A DNA stretch of 64,000 nt, from the NCBI GenBank assembly GCA_964016885.1, contig OZ024756.1, positions 25,606,001-25,670,000 on the forward strand. The letters run 5' to 3'. The stretch is from Eledone cirrhosa (taxonomy: Eukaryota). This document shows positions 14,265 through 30,595 of this stretch, one piece after another. Positions within the stretch are counted from its first letter, which is position 1. Every line of letters begins with the position of its first letter. Both the position numbers and the translations under genes were made by a program. The notes under the pieces were generated by a model. That model was not told the DNA's origin, searched no databases, and worked only from the letters and a program-made list of their open reading frames with translations.

Positions 14265-17200
14265 ATGCTGTCGATTTCTTAGCAGATGAATTTTTTCATC
14301 TATTTTTAACAATTCCTCTTTTGCTAAATAATAAGAGAGTTTATATGTAATTCCTCACCACTTATCAGTTTCGTCGAATAGAGGCTACTTAAAATCTAAT
14401 TAAATATATTTCATCTAGATTACGTTTATGTTTATTTCGTGTCCATGAAGAAAAAAAAAGTTATACCGAAACTATTGACTGGTGCATTTATTGTATTTTA
14501 ATGATCATATTAAAATATATACAAACACGTTTAAAGAACGGTTCATTTAGCCTGCAAAAATCTTTTAGAAATAACTTTATTTTAGTGTGCATACTTCTAA
14601 TGGAATAATTTTCTTTTCTAAATATTTTTTTATCGCCCACTTATGTTGCTTTCGATATATATTTATTAGACTCACCCTTGATACATGTGTAATAACGATT
14701 TTTAATCTAAGTATAAGTTCATAATTTGTGGGGAAAGTTGATTATAACGACTTTATTTTATCGACCTCGGAAGGATGAAAGGCAAAGTTGGCCTCAACGG
14801 GATTTGAATTCAGAATGTACAGAGCCATAATAAATACTAGTAAATCTTTTTCGCCATCATTGTAACGATCCTGTCAAACCTCCACCCTCGGATGGGTGTA
14901 ATAAAGACTAATAAAAGTAGTTTTTTTATAAGTTTGGTTAGTTCTTTTCTATGATTTTTCAACGATCTTCAAAACCATCTTAAATTATTCGTTTTCGGTG
15001 GTTCCTTCACATGGGGGAAGTTGACCCAGACAGCATCTGAACTCAGAAGGTAGAAAGTCGTAACTAAATACCGCATATCATTCTCTTCGACGCTCTTCTG
15101 AATCTGACTATCCACCACCCTTTGAGACGGGTGTAAAAATAAAAAATTACCTTTTCTTTCTGACTAGGCACACACACACAAAATGCCGGGGATGTTTTCA
15201 TTTTCTTCACATGAATTAGGAGTGGATGAGAAATTCTGAATAAGCTTCAATACTGTTGGGAGCTTATTAACCAGTAATGCATTGTGGTCGATTTAATCGC
15301 CCCCCCCCCCCCCCCCCCCCCCAATTGCTGGCCTTGTGCTTAAATCAGAAACAATTATTTGTGAGGCATCTCAATGTTAGTTTGTTGTTGAGGAGGATTA
15401 CTCCCAAGTCGACTTTCCATATTGAGCAGACACAGGATCAAAATCATTCCAACTGCATCTGTTCCACCAGGCCTCTGTAGGACTACATACTTTAATGGTT
15501 AGGGTATCTGGCTCACGAATGTAAGGTCTTCCGTTCAATTCCTGGACCAAGCGACGCACTGTCTTAACCCTTTAGCATTTAAACCGGCCGTAACCAACTG
15601 CTCAAACTTATGTTAAGGTATAGATAGTTCTCAAAATAAATATTATCAAAGTCTCATAGATTCGATATTATGTAGATAAAGCCTTTACTGTGAATATACA
15701 ATAGTATATATAGAGTAATGTAAATGCCACTTAGCTGGGGAAAAATGAGTTGTGCCTGTAATTCAAGGATCATGCCTTGTCACATACTGTGTCATACTGA
15801 ATATGGTTGTGAATTACATTATGGGTACATCTGTCTGTGGAATACTCAGCTGTATGCATGTTAATTTCACAAGCACGTAGTAGGGTATGACAATTTTTTT
15901 ATACAAAATTTGTCAAAATCGTCTAGTGGGTGGCATAGTTGGAAGCTGCTCCACCATACCAGCTAAATGGTTATCTGGTCAAACATGTTCACTAAGACAC
16001 TACACTCACACTTCACCATATCAGCCAAATGGTTATCTGGTCAAACATATGTTCTTTAAGACACTATATTCTCATATGTTAAAAAGTCTATCTGAAACCA
16101 GGAGGTTCATTAGGCCAGAATATATCCGTTTCATTGGTGTTAAGTGACTGAGAGTACAAGATTGTCTTGGACATGAAAACCAGTCCATCACACAGTTACC
16201 CCCAGCTGGTGTTGTTGGTACTCATTTTCATCCGAGTTGATTGGAGCAACATGAAATGAAGTATTTTGATCCAGAACTCAATGTGCCATTCGGTCCAGGA
16301 ATCAAACCCACAACCTTACAATTATGAGCCCAATATCCTCACTCTTAGGTTGTATACCTTTACTTCTTATATGGAGACTCAATGTATTCATGCATCATGA
16401 AAGTGTTCCACCACAAAGAACCTGCTCTGCTAACCAATTACTACCACTCAATGGTTTCTGGCTGGTTATCTCAACGGTATAGAGTCCATTAAATGAGTCG
16501 TGATGAAGTCAAGGATTATAAGGACTTAATTGACAAATGTTTTGTTACATAAGCCTATAGCAGGGTAATGTCTGTCCCACGAAATATCAATAAAGGTTGA
16601 GATAAGAAGTTCTTTGTACCCTCAACAGAGGTTATATAAGAAATGAACAATGGTCAACTGAGCTGGGCTGAAGTCAGATGAGCATACTTTCAACCTCCTA
16701 GTTTGATCCCTTGCAAAAAGGATTTACATGATTTAATACTCTTTTGAAGGTGTGTGGCTTAGTGTTTAGGGTACTGGTCTCACAATTATATGGAGTTTGA
16801 ATACTGGATCAAGTGATATGCTATGTCCTCGAACAAGACACTTTATTTCATGTTGCACCAATCCACATAGCTGGAACAAAATGAGTTGTGATATCACTGG
16901 TGCCAAGCTGTATTGGTATATGCCTTTCCCTTGGATATCATCATCACTGTTTAACATCTATTTTCCATGCTTACATGGACTAGACAGGCTGTCACATTGA
17001 GGCCAAACAAATCAGGTGACTACATCTTCTTCAATTGCTCCATTTTAAGCTTAGCTTTCTATGACTGGATGCCCTTCCAAAGACCAACCACCTTATACAG
17101 AGGACTAGGTGTTTTATGTCGTGGCAGTAGCACAATCCTCTTACAGGGTGGATTGTGTTTTATCATGTATATATACACTAATTTTTTACATGAATGTATA

Positions 17201-17453
17201 TGTGAGTTGTGTCAACATTGGTACCAAGGTGTAATAACATTTTCCTTTACTTTGGACATCAATGCTGTAGAATTGCAAGACTGCTATACATGGGTGACTG
17301 CTGGTGTTGCACAAAACACCCTTGACCAGGCTTCTGCCTTGAAGAGGAAAATCTATGGTCAGTTAATCATAAAATTAACATGTATGTGTATATATATACA
17401 CACACACACAAATATGAATAACAATAACATCACCACCAACAATGTGTGTGTAG

Positions 17454-17507
<54 letters not shown>

Positions 17508-17859
17508 CCTTGTTGTTGATGTGTCATGAGTTCTATAGTTTGTTGTACAAACTTAACTTTAATTCACTTTTGATACAAAAAATTAACATAGAAAAAAACT
17601 GGTAAAATAGGAGAAAAGTGGCGTAATTAGGTTTATATACCTGAGTTAGTGGAGTAGAGTGGCATAAATAAAAGTTTGAATTTCTGTAGGTGTAATTCAA
17701 TTTGTATAACAGCTAGTGGCGTAATTAATTTGAAATACAGTTGTGAAACAGCTTTTTAAAATCATAATGGTTTCTGATTTAGGCACAAGGCCAACAATTT
17801 TGCGTGATGGGAAAGTTGTGTCTGACGCTCTATCGATTCCATCAAACCACCATAATAAT

Positions 17860-18040
17860 AATAATTTCTAGTATAGGCACAAGGCCATCAATTACCCAGT
17901 ACATTACTGGTACTTTATTTTATCGACCCCGTAAAGATGAAAGGCAAAGTTAACCTCAGCGGGATTTGAACTCAGACAGCAAAGGGACGTAACTATGCTG
18001 GAAAGCATTGCGTCCGACCGTCTACCGATACTGCTAAAGT
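17860..18040 (-). mobile_element. tRNA-derived SINE of a second family (core ttgcctttcatccttNcgaggtcgataaaataaagtaccagt, Nin/Deu-domain-like)
   Basis: The same core recurs near 14750, 18880, 29750-30270, 37260, 41330, 46800-47150, 48340, 49165, 51385-51790, 55865-56280 and 61615. Confidence 0.75.
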
Positions 18041-18210
18041 TAATAATAATAAAGAAAGTTATTCATAAAATTGGAGTAATTATTCAAGAAATCTAAACTG
18101 GATCTGTTTGGATTAGTGATTTTTCACTGATTCTTACTCCAAAGGTCTGCTATTGAAGTTTTTTGTCGTGGTGGTGGGGCACTAGCACTGATAGGTCACA
18201 GTTTTGCATT

Positions 18211-18480
18211 TGGTGTTTCTGCCCACCATCCCATCCTGATAAAATAATATAAATACAATATTATAATCCAACCTAATTTATTCAAAATTAGGGTTAGGGT
18301 TTAGTTATGAGGTTAATTCAATCAGTTTCCTGTAAATAATTGATTCCAGATTGGCAGCCATACAAACAGAAAACATGAATTAATCCTAACCCTAAATTCT
18401 AATTTGGAATAAATAAGTTTGGATTATATTAGTCTTATTTATATACATTTATTATGGTAGGATGAGCTATTCAGAAGTAC
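18211..18480. mobile_element. Fold-back (MITE-like) element with TTAGGG/CCCTAA in its arms
   Basis: ataatccaacctaatttattcaaaattagggttagg...aattca is inverted relative to tgaatt...cctaaccctaa...ctaatttggaataaataagtttggattat. Confidence 0.6.
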
Positions 18481-19423
18481 CCTGCATTAATGGTTAATGA
18501 GAAAGCCTGTCCCAAGCCCAGAGGCTATTAGGCTGGTACTTATCCCAGTTTCCTTGCCGTTAAGTGAAAGTACAAGACCCCTCTGGACAGGACGTCAGTT
18601 CATCGCAGAACTAAACCCCCCAACTACATATACTGGAGCAACGTTAATTCAAGTGTTTTGTTCAAAGTAATTTCAACAATCCAAAACATTTCTAATTGCG
18701 TCGTCTTTCTCCTACAAAATTAATTGCATCGGATGAAGTCGTAGGGTTGCTGTGGTGACTGACATACAGCGTGCGTTGGACACTTTAAAATCGGTGGAGC
18801 TCATTCTCTCTTCAGGTCTAAGCTCAGCTGATTTTTCCCAAAGGATGTATATATATTTGAGAGAAGGAGAATTGACCCAGTACTGGACTAGTACTTTTTT
18901 TAATCGACCTCGAAAAAATGAAAGCAGGATTTGAACCCCAGAGAAAGTGTACAAATACCGCAAAGTATCCTATCGTTCTGCGACTCTGCCAATTCACTGC
19001 TAATTACAAAATTAATTAAGCCATATAAAAATGGTAAACATGTTAATTACGCCGATTTTCTCCCATTTTACTCAAAGCAATAAAGAAAAAAATATTGTAG
19101 AAGTCAGGAAATCAAGATGTATAACATGAGATTGGAATATATTTCGATGAAATTCTCTAATGGGGGACATATATGAATGTGTATAGATATGTGTGCCGTG
19201 GTTCGGTAGTCCAGGAACCAGTTTTATGTTATGTCGCTGTTGCCACTAAGAAACGTTAGAATGTCGCCTGTAATTACCTGTATGTCAATATGAGGGAGAC
19301 TGTGTAATGTATGAAAGATTAAAGGTCTCCACCACCACCAAATACAACAACAAAACACACACACAAAGGTATTTCCAAAGGTCAGAACATCTGGCTTTGT
19401 ATTTCTAAACTCAGCTCCGTGTT

Positions 19424-19717
19424 TCACTTCGACGCCGCAAAGTCCTTAAGAGAAGGTCCAGTATTGCCCTGCTGTAGAAGCTGGTATTCCTGGAAACGTT
19501 GGGTTATTCGCTGTGTCATCTTTAAGTATTTCTCCATACAATTTATTGCACAAGAGCTTTCTTTATCTAGCACTTGGCGCGTGGTGAAGTCATCCACACA
19601 GTCTATGAAACACATGGACGACAGCTTGTTATATGAAGACAAAAACTCACGAAACTGTTTCATCATTGTCTCTGTATCAGCCATTTCAGGGACACCGGCG
19701 GTTGCACTTGTTTGCAT
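19424..19717 (-). CDS. TIMM9: Mitochondrial import inner membrane translocase subunit Tim9 (intronless CDS, ~97 aa; alternative start at 19684)
   Basis: [28 protein letters not shown]...[24 protein letters not shown]: twin CX3C motif and the Tim9 signature. Confidence 0.93.
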   Translation of the reverse strand: MQTSATAGVPEMADTETMMKQFREFLSSYNKLSSMCFIDCVDDFTTRQVLDKESSCAINCMEKYLKMTQRITQRFQEYQLLQQGNTGPSLKDFAASK

Positions 19718-20412
19718 GACTGATTTCTTGCGGGTTTTCTTCCTTTCTTCTGGTCGGCTTAAGAGTCGAAGTTGGTTCACAATTCCACACACACTAGTTT
19801 GGCTATGAAAATTGTTTAACAACGAACTTAGTGGAAATACTTGGAATAGATAAGTTTTCTTTCAAACACGAAGACTAAATTTATCAGACACTATACGAAT
19901 ATTTGAGATACGTAAATAATATAAATTTAGGCGACCTTGACGAGTACTCTCCTATCCTTTCTCCTTTACGACGACTATTAGGTTATCTCCCTTTCTAACC
20001 ACGTTACGGTGTCGGTTTTTTTCTTCTCTTGTGTGTATATATCCATCTATTAGTGAACACTCAAGGTTACGAGTTCGATTCCTAGTAGCACGTTGTGTAC
20101 TCCAACAAGATATTTAATTTCTGTTGTAATTCAAAGGACCAAACTTATCACACATTTGTATCATGCTGAATCTCTGAGAACTACGCTAAGGGTATACGTG
20201 GCTGTAGGATGCTCAGTCACTTGCACGTTAAATTCACGAGCTGGCTGTTCCGTTGTTCGATCAATTGGAACAGTGGTCATCGGACGCAATGGACGTCCAA
20301 AAACATGAGTGTGTGTAGACGAAACAGGAAAATGTCAAGCTTCCGAGGATTCTCGTTTGAGTTAACTAGGGAGAATTATTTTATTAGGTAAATTTATAGA
20401 ACACCCCACACG

Positions 20413-20798
20413 ATTTCAATGGGGGAAATTTTTTTTCCTCATTCTTTTTTCGTGTGCTGTCATCTAATCTAACCCCCAAGTAGCTGGCAATCGACTTTTT
20501 TCCCAGAGAACGAAGGGAAAAAGTTTGTTGCAAGCATCTAAGAGGTTCAGAAAAAAATCGAGGAAAGATAGTTATTTCCTACCAAACGCGAGGTGTGTAT
20601 ATGTGCGAAACTCCGATGGTCTTTTCGCCCCTTTTTTTCAAAAAATCTAGTCGTTTCCGATTGGTTTGCCGGTCCTATTCGTTGATAACACGCGAAAAAA
20701 AAATTCCTTGGGAAAACTCCACTCCCTCCGTTCTCTGAAGGTAAGATTAGTAGATAGCATAAGAAAAAGCCGAGGGAAATTTTTTTTCCCCACTGAAA
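20413..20798. mobile_element. Degenerate inverted-repeat element upstream of Tim9
   Basis: ~65-bp imperfect arms (tttcaatgggggaaatttt...ctaatctaacc versus ggtaagattag...tttccccactgaaa) around a CpG-containing core. Confidence 0.5.
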
Positions 20799-21879
20799 TA
20801 TAGAATTTGTTGGGAACAATAATGTCGTTGGTTAGTTTACAGCTTTCGAACAGGCAAACCACAGGTTTACTACAGCTATCATGGAGAGGTTGAGGAGCAA
20901 CAGAGTGTCTGGGCAACTTGGAAGGAATAAATATTATAGGGTATTTCAGTTCGGAAGCAATAGGTATCACTTTTCTCGCCTATATTAGCTACACATATAT
21001 AAGACGGCCTTCCACCTATTTGCCTTCTGTTAAATGTTATCCACAAAGCAAAGGTCACCCAGAGTCTACAGTAGAAGGTACTGTGTAGTGGTTCCCAAGC
21101 GAACTTGTTATGATTCTGGATATTGGCAACAGCATGTTTATGTAAACCACCTCTGGTTCTACAATACAAACTTAAAATGTTTATACTTATCCCAAAACAT
21201 TCCATCATAATTTTATGGAAGAATATTTATGCTTCAAATGCCAACTTGATATTGAGAAAGTCTTATAACCAAATCACTCCAAATTCTTGATTATTTACGA
21301 AATTATTTTAAACACATTGGCAGTGACTCCCATAAGAAATGTGGTAACAAAATCGTTAAATTGTTTAATAATGAAAAGGTTAACTTCTCGTGGAACCCTG
21401 CAAAGCTAACTCCTGTTTTATTAGAGTGAATGACCATAAAACATGTGATGTATTCTATATGAAGACAGATAAGTGGTGTGAATTCGGCTGCTATTTCTAG
21501 TAGATTGTGACCATATATAGGTTCCCTCAATGAGTCAATATTATCAATCGTGGAGGTGTTAGAACTAAGCCTAATGTCTTATCTATGACAACTACAACAT
21601 TAATTCCATTCTATAATGGTACCATTCTACATTGGTACTATCTCTGACAACTAGTAACTGGTTCTGATCTGCCTTTGATATCAAACCACCTGAAACCTCC
21701 CCTGATTACAAGATATGAAACTGTTTATCATCATCGTTTAAGATCTGTCTTCCTTGCTAGCAAGGGTTGGATGGGTCTTCACAAACCAAATCAGTATTCA
21801 AGCAGAGTTACTAACCTCTCAGACAGGCTAAGGGCCCACACTCTGCTGTGTGCATTTTATTGCAGTACCAGCACTAGGA

Positions 21880-22150
21880 TGCATGTAGCCTAGTGGCAAG
21901 GGTGTTGGACTTATGATCATAATGTCATGAGTTTGATTCCTGGACTGGGTGTGCGTTGTGTTCTTGAGCAAGACACTTCATTTCACATTGCTCCAGTATA
22001 CTCAGCTGGAAATGAGTACCAGCAATAGCTGGGGGTTTAACCCTGCAATGGACTGGCGTCCTGTCCAGAGGAGTCTTGTACTCTCAGTTACTCACGCCAC
22101 GAAACTGGGATAAGAACCAACCTAATGAGCCTTCTGGCTTGAGACGGATT
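21880..22150 (+). mobile_element. tRNA-derived SINE
   Basis: tagcctagtgg A-box, gagtttgattcc B-box, body shared with the 1461 copy. Confidence 0.75.
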
Positions 22151-25100
22151 TTAGACCAGCACTAGGGAGGTTGTCATATTTCTGACACAGTTGAAGAGTC
22201 CTCCTGACACTTTGTTTGGTAGGTTTTCTATAGCTGGATGCCCTTCTTATCACTAATCCCTTCAAAGAGTGTACTGGCTGCATTTATCATGTGATCACCA
22301 GCATTGGAGAGGATGACACAACTGAAGAGTCCTTTGCAGCCCTTATATATATATATATATATACACATATAACTTCACATATTTCATATGCAAAGCTGTT
22401 AGAGTTAATGCCCTTATTTTTATCTCTGGTTGAGCCAGCCATAACTCTATATGCAAATTTGGCTGATCAGCCAATGTAAATATGCTTCTAAACTATATAT
22501 TTTGGCTTATATTATGTTCCAACAGTAAGCGGTCGGTAGTACCAGTTTGATAAAGAACAAAGTAAAAAATCATCACTTGTTGCCTTTACTTTGCTGGTGT
22601 TGGGACACACTAGATGGCACTATCAGTTTTCAAATTGTTTATTTATAAAGATACCATATGTCGCCAGATATACAACTTCACGTATTTCATATACAAAGCT
22701 ATGTTGAATTAATGCCCTTATATAAATATATATATTTTCGTTACTGTGGCTTTGTCTCCTTAACCACAGTTTTCAATTTGCCACACTATTTAACGTATGT
22801 TTATTACTCTAAGATGTAACATCGATTTATCGATATCTTCTTATTGAGCGCTTCGTGCAAGCTCCGAATTGTTTTTTCATGGATGCTGGCTGACCGCTGC
22901 AACTTCGATTTTACTAACTTCCACTCTTATATATATATATATATAAATCTTCCATCATAATTCTATGTAAGAACCTTTGTTAAGTTATATCGAAACCCTT
23001 TCAAATTCTTGATTATTTTCAAAATTAATAGAAAACTCACAGATGGTATCTTTCATTAGAAATATAGAAATGGAAGGGTTAATAAGCCCCCCCCCCCCCC
23101 CCCAAAAAAAAAAACAACAGCAAACGAAATAAATTTTCATCAAGTTTAATAAGTGTGGATGGATGCCTTGGGTTCCTTATGAACACTATTACAATTTTGG
23201 CAAAAAGAAAAAGAAAAAATTCATTTAGGGCTCATTCCCCACACACTCCTCAAAATCTATTTGTACAAGAAAACAACGTTAGCAAAAAAGAGTTTTCTCA
23301 TCTCATAAGACATTAGATGATCAATGGTACATTACGACTTTTGTATTCATTTATTTTATTTTGTTTGTAGAAAATAAGGAAGTCTAAATCGATTTTACAC
23401 CAAACTACCTGAAATTGCCCCTGGTTCTATGATACAAAACAGTTTATTCTAAAGTATTTATATTAATCTAAAAACCTTCCATCATAACTTTATGTAAGAA
23501 CCTTTATGTTCCAAACACCGTCTTAATAATGAGATAGTTATATAACTAAATCCTTCATTATTTTCAAAATTATTTGTAAATCATAGGCAGTGTCTTTAAT
23601 TAGAAATATAATAATTGTTTCTACTTTAGGCACAAGGCCAGCAATTACCCAGTGCATTACTGGTAATAATGAAAGAGTTCAAAGCTGTTACGTACATAAA
23701 AAAGGTTTCCCCTCCCCACCTAAATTTGGTTTAGTTTAGCATCGTTGAGGTGCAGTGCAGGAGCAGGGACAGCAGGTTTCACTGAGGGTCACAAGAATTT
23801 AACTCATTACAAGACACCTTTCAGTCAAATAAGTGTCTGTCTCAGTTAGTTTCCCTTGTATGTGAATGTACTCAAGTCAGACAACTTTCTAAGATGGTGT
23901 GTATCCATATATACATGTGAGTATGTATGTATGTATGTATGTGTGTGTGTATATATATATATATCCACTCACACAAATCAATAAAATGTCAAGACTCTGC
24001 AAGACTACTTAAAGTAAAGTATATAACTTAAACCTAGCTGATCTGGAGGATGAAATCAGAAACCCACTCACTCGCTTATATACACAAACATAACTATGAA
24101 GTTTCACAATCATTCTGCAGAAGCACATACACACATAATATGTGTACACATACATTCGAAGATGGCTAACTAACAACAACATATGTTCCTCTCCAAACTA
24201 CCCTTTTCCCTGTTTTATTTTCTATTCACATCTATCTTCCTTTTTCTTCCCTCTTTTCCTATCATCCATTGAAGGATTAGCATCTGAAACCAAGACTCTT
24301 TTCCAACTACATTCAACATTAAACAAATATACAGTTATTGTATTGCTCTGTGTTGTTTATCATTGTTGACTTTTATAAATATATACTCACACCCATGTGA
24401 CTGAAGATTGGACAGGCTGTATTTACCCAAGAGGGTCAAGCAAAAATGTGAAGTGAACATATACATATGATTGTTTTTTGTTTTTTGTTATCTGATATCA
24501 AACTGCTTGAAACTGCCCCTAGTTTTAAAATACAGTTATTTTTTTAAAAGTGTTTATAGTTATCTAAAACCAAGTGATTTTTTACCATATATGGTCATGT
24601 TTCTTAAGTTAAATGTTCTGGAATCACTCTTATACAAGAGTCATACTGATTCTGTCTACCTGAAGATTACGTTAAAAATGCAATTATCAAATGTTTGTGG
24701 AATACTCAGCCACTTATGCTATAATACATTGAGTAGATAGTTCCATTGATCAAACAACTGGAATAACTTGTTGAAACTGATGCAAGATCCATACACGTTA
24801 TGGTTGTGTAAGTGCGTGTGCATGTGTTTATGCATGTATGTATATGTATTTATGTTTGTGTAAGTGTACATATATATATGTTTGTATATGAACACTCTTT
24901 TGATACTAAAGCACCTGAAACTCCCCCTAGTTCTATGATATAAAACTGTTTTAAGTGTTTATATTTACCTAAAAACCTTGCATTATAAATATTATGTAAG
25001 AACTTAAATTAAGCTATGTTCCAAACACCAGCTTAATAATAACAAAGTTAGTTATTTTACTAAATTCCTCTAAATGCTCGATTCTTTCCAATCTCATAGG

Positions 25101-25458
25101 CAGTTTCTTTTATTAATAATATGGTAACAAAAATGTAAATTATAATACAGGAGAGAGAATGAAAGGCAAATGTTGTTGGTGTTGTAGTCTCAGGGAGATG
25201 CAAAGGGACTTTTGTGGACAGAATGCAGACATCAAAAGGACTTTTATGGACAGCTGAGTAATGTAGAGAAATAACTAATTCAAAATGGAACTAGCCATTG
25301 TTCGGCAAAGATAGGAGGAGTGAGTAGAAGGCATTTAAAAAATAACAAATATCAAACCCATTTCGTTTGTTAGGAAAATATTGGACAGAAACAAACCATG
25401 GCACTATAACTATTTTGGAAAAATTTACATTTACAAAATTATGTAGATGTATGTGGAT

Positions 25459-25496
<38 letters not shown>

Positions 25497-25626
25497 ATAT
25501 ATATATACACTATAAATATACTATATATATATATGTGTATATGGAGAACAGCCCTTCTTTTAGACACGCATTAAAGACATGACTACTAGATTCAATTTAT
25601 TAGAATTTTCTCATATTTTCTAATAC

Positions 25627-29295
<3,669 letters not shown>

Positions 29296-30595
29296 AGGAT
29301 GGAAAGGGAACTACAATTGAAATAAGGTAGTTAGTACATCAGGTAGAGGAGTATGTTATATATATGTGTTTCTGAAAAGTTTGCACAGAAACATAAGGTT
29401 AACTTAGTTGTGGTTGTTGTGATGGTGGTGACGATGGTGGTAGTTATTGTTGTTGTTAGTGTCATTATAATTTCTGTTAAATAAAGGATGAAAAAAAAGA
29501 AAGATATATCATAAAACACATCAAATAAAAATTCCAACAAATTAGTTGGTTTGGCCCAAAAAAATAAAAATATATATATATATATATAAAATAAAATAAA
29601 TGAAAGTCTAAAATGTTAATCATTTTCAACAGTAAAAACTTGGGTTCAAATTTTAAAGACAATTACAATCAAATTAGTCACATAATAATTCTTATTAGGA
29701 CAGAAACTTGGGGGAAGAAGAAAAAAAAAAAAAATCAATAAATCAACTCCAGTATCTTACTGGTACTTTATAAACCTTGGAAGGATGAAAGGCAAAGTTA
29801 ACCATGACAGGATTTGAACTTAGAATATAAAGAGCCATAATTAAATGCCACAAAGTATTTTTCTCGAACGTTCTACCAATACACTGCTCTTGACTTCTAA
29901 TATAGATGCAAGGCCAGCAAATTTTGGGGGAAGGGCGAAGTTGATTAAATCAACACCAGTACAGTACTTGACTGGTACTTTATACTATTGACCTTCTATG
30001 GATAAAAGGCAAAGTTGCCCTCATGGGAATTTGAATTCAGAATGTAGAAAGTCGTAACTAAATACAGCAAAATATTTTGTCCTGACGCTCTACCGATACT
30101 GCCAATCCCTCGTCCTAAACATTTTCACAATAATAATAAAAATAATAATAATGGTTTCTGATTTTGGCACAATGCCATCCAATTTGAAAGGAAGGAAAAG
30201 TTAATTATATTACCCAGTATTTGACTGGTATTTCATTTTATTGACCTGGGAAAGATTAAAGGCAAAGTTAGAGTAATAATAATAATAGCACTATTACTAC
30301 CAATGATAATAGTAGAAATAATAATAAATCAAACTGTCTCAAATAAATACACACATTTTTCAATTTGGTTCAGCACTGGCTTTGAGGGTAAGTCACAACA
30401 CCCAATATTTCTTTGTGGATTTCATAAAGCTTTCTGTTAGTTTTTACTTGAGTTGATAAGTCTGTGATAATTGATGGTTAATGATAGTGATCGGTGGTGA
30501 TGATGATGATAATGGTGGTGGTGGCAATGGTAATGGTGGAAGATTAGACAAAGAGTGGTTTAAAGAGAGACACAACACATAGACTCAGTCCTTAA

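Noticed and set aside
19718-19822. N-terminal extension of Tim9 in the ORF track
   Set aside because: It begins at a non-ATG codon; the first in-frame ATG is at 19717.
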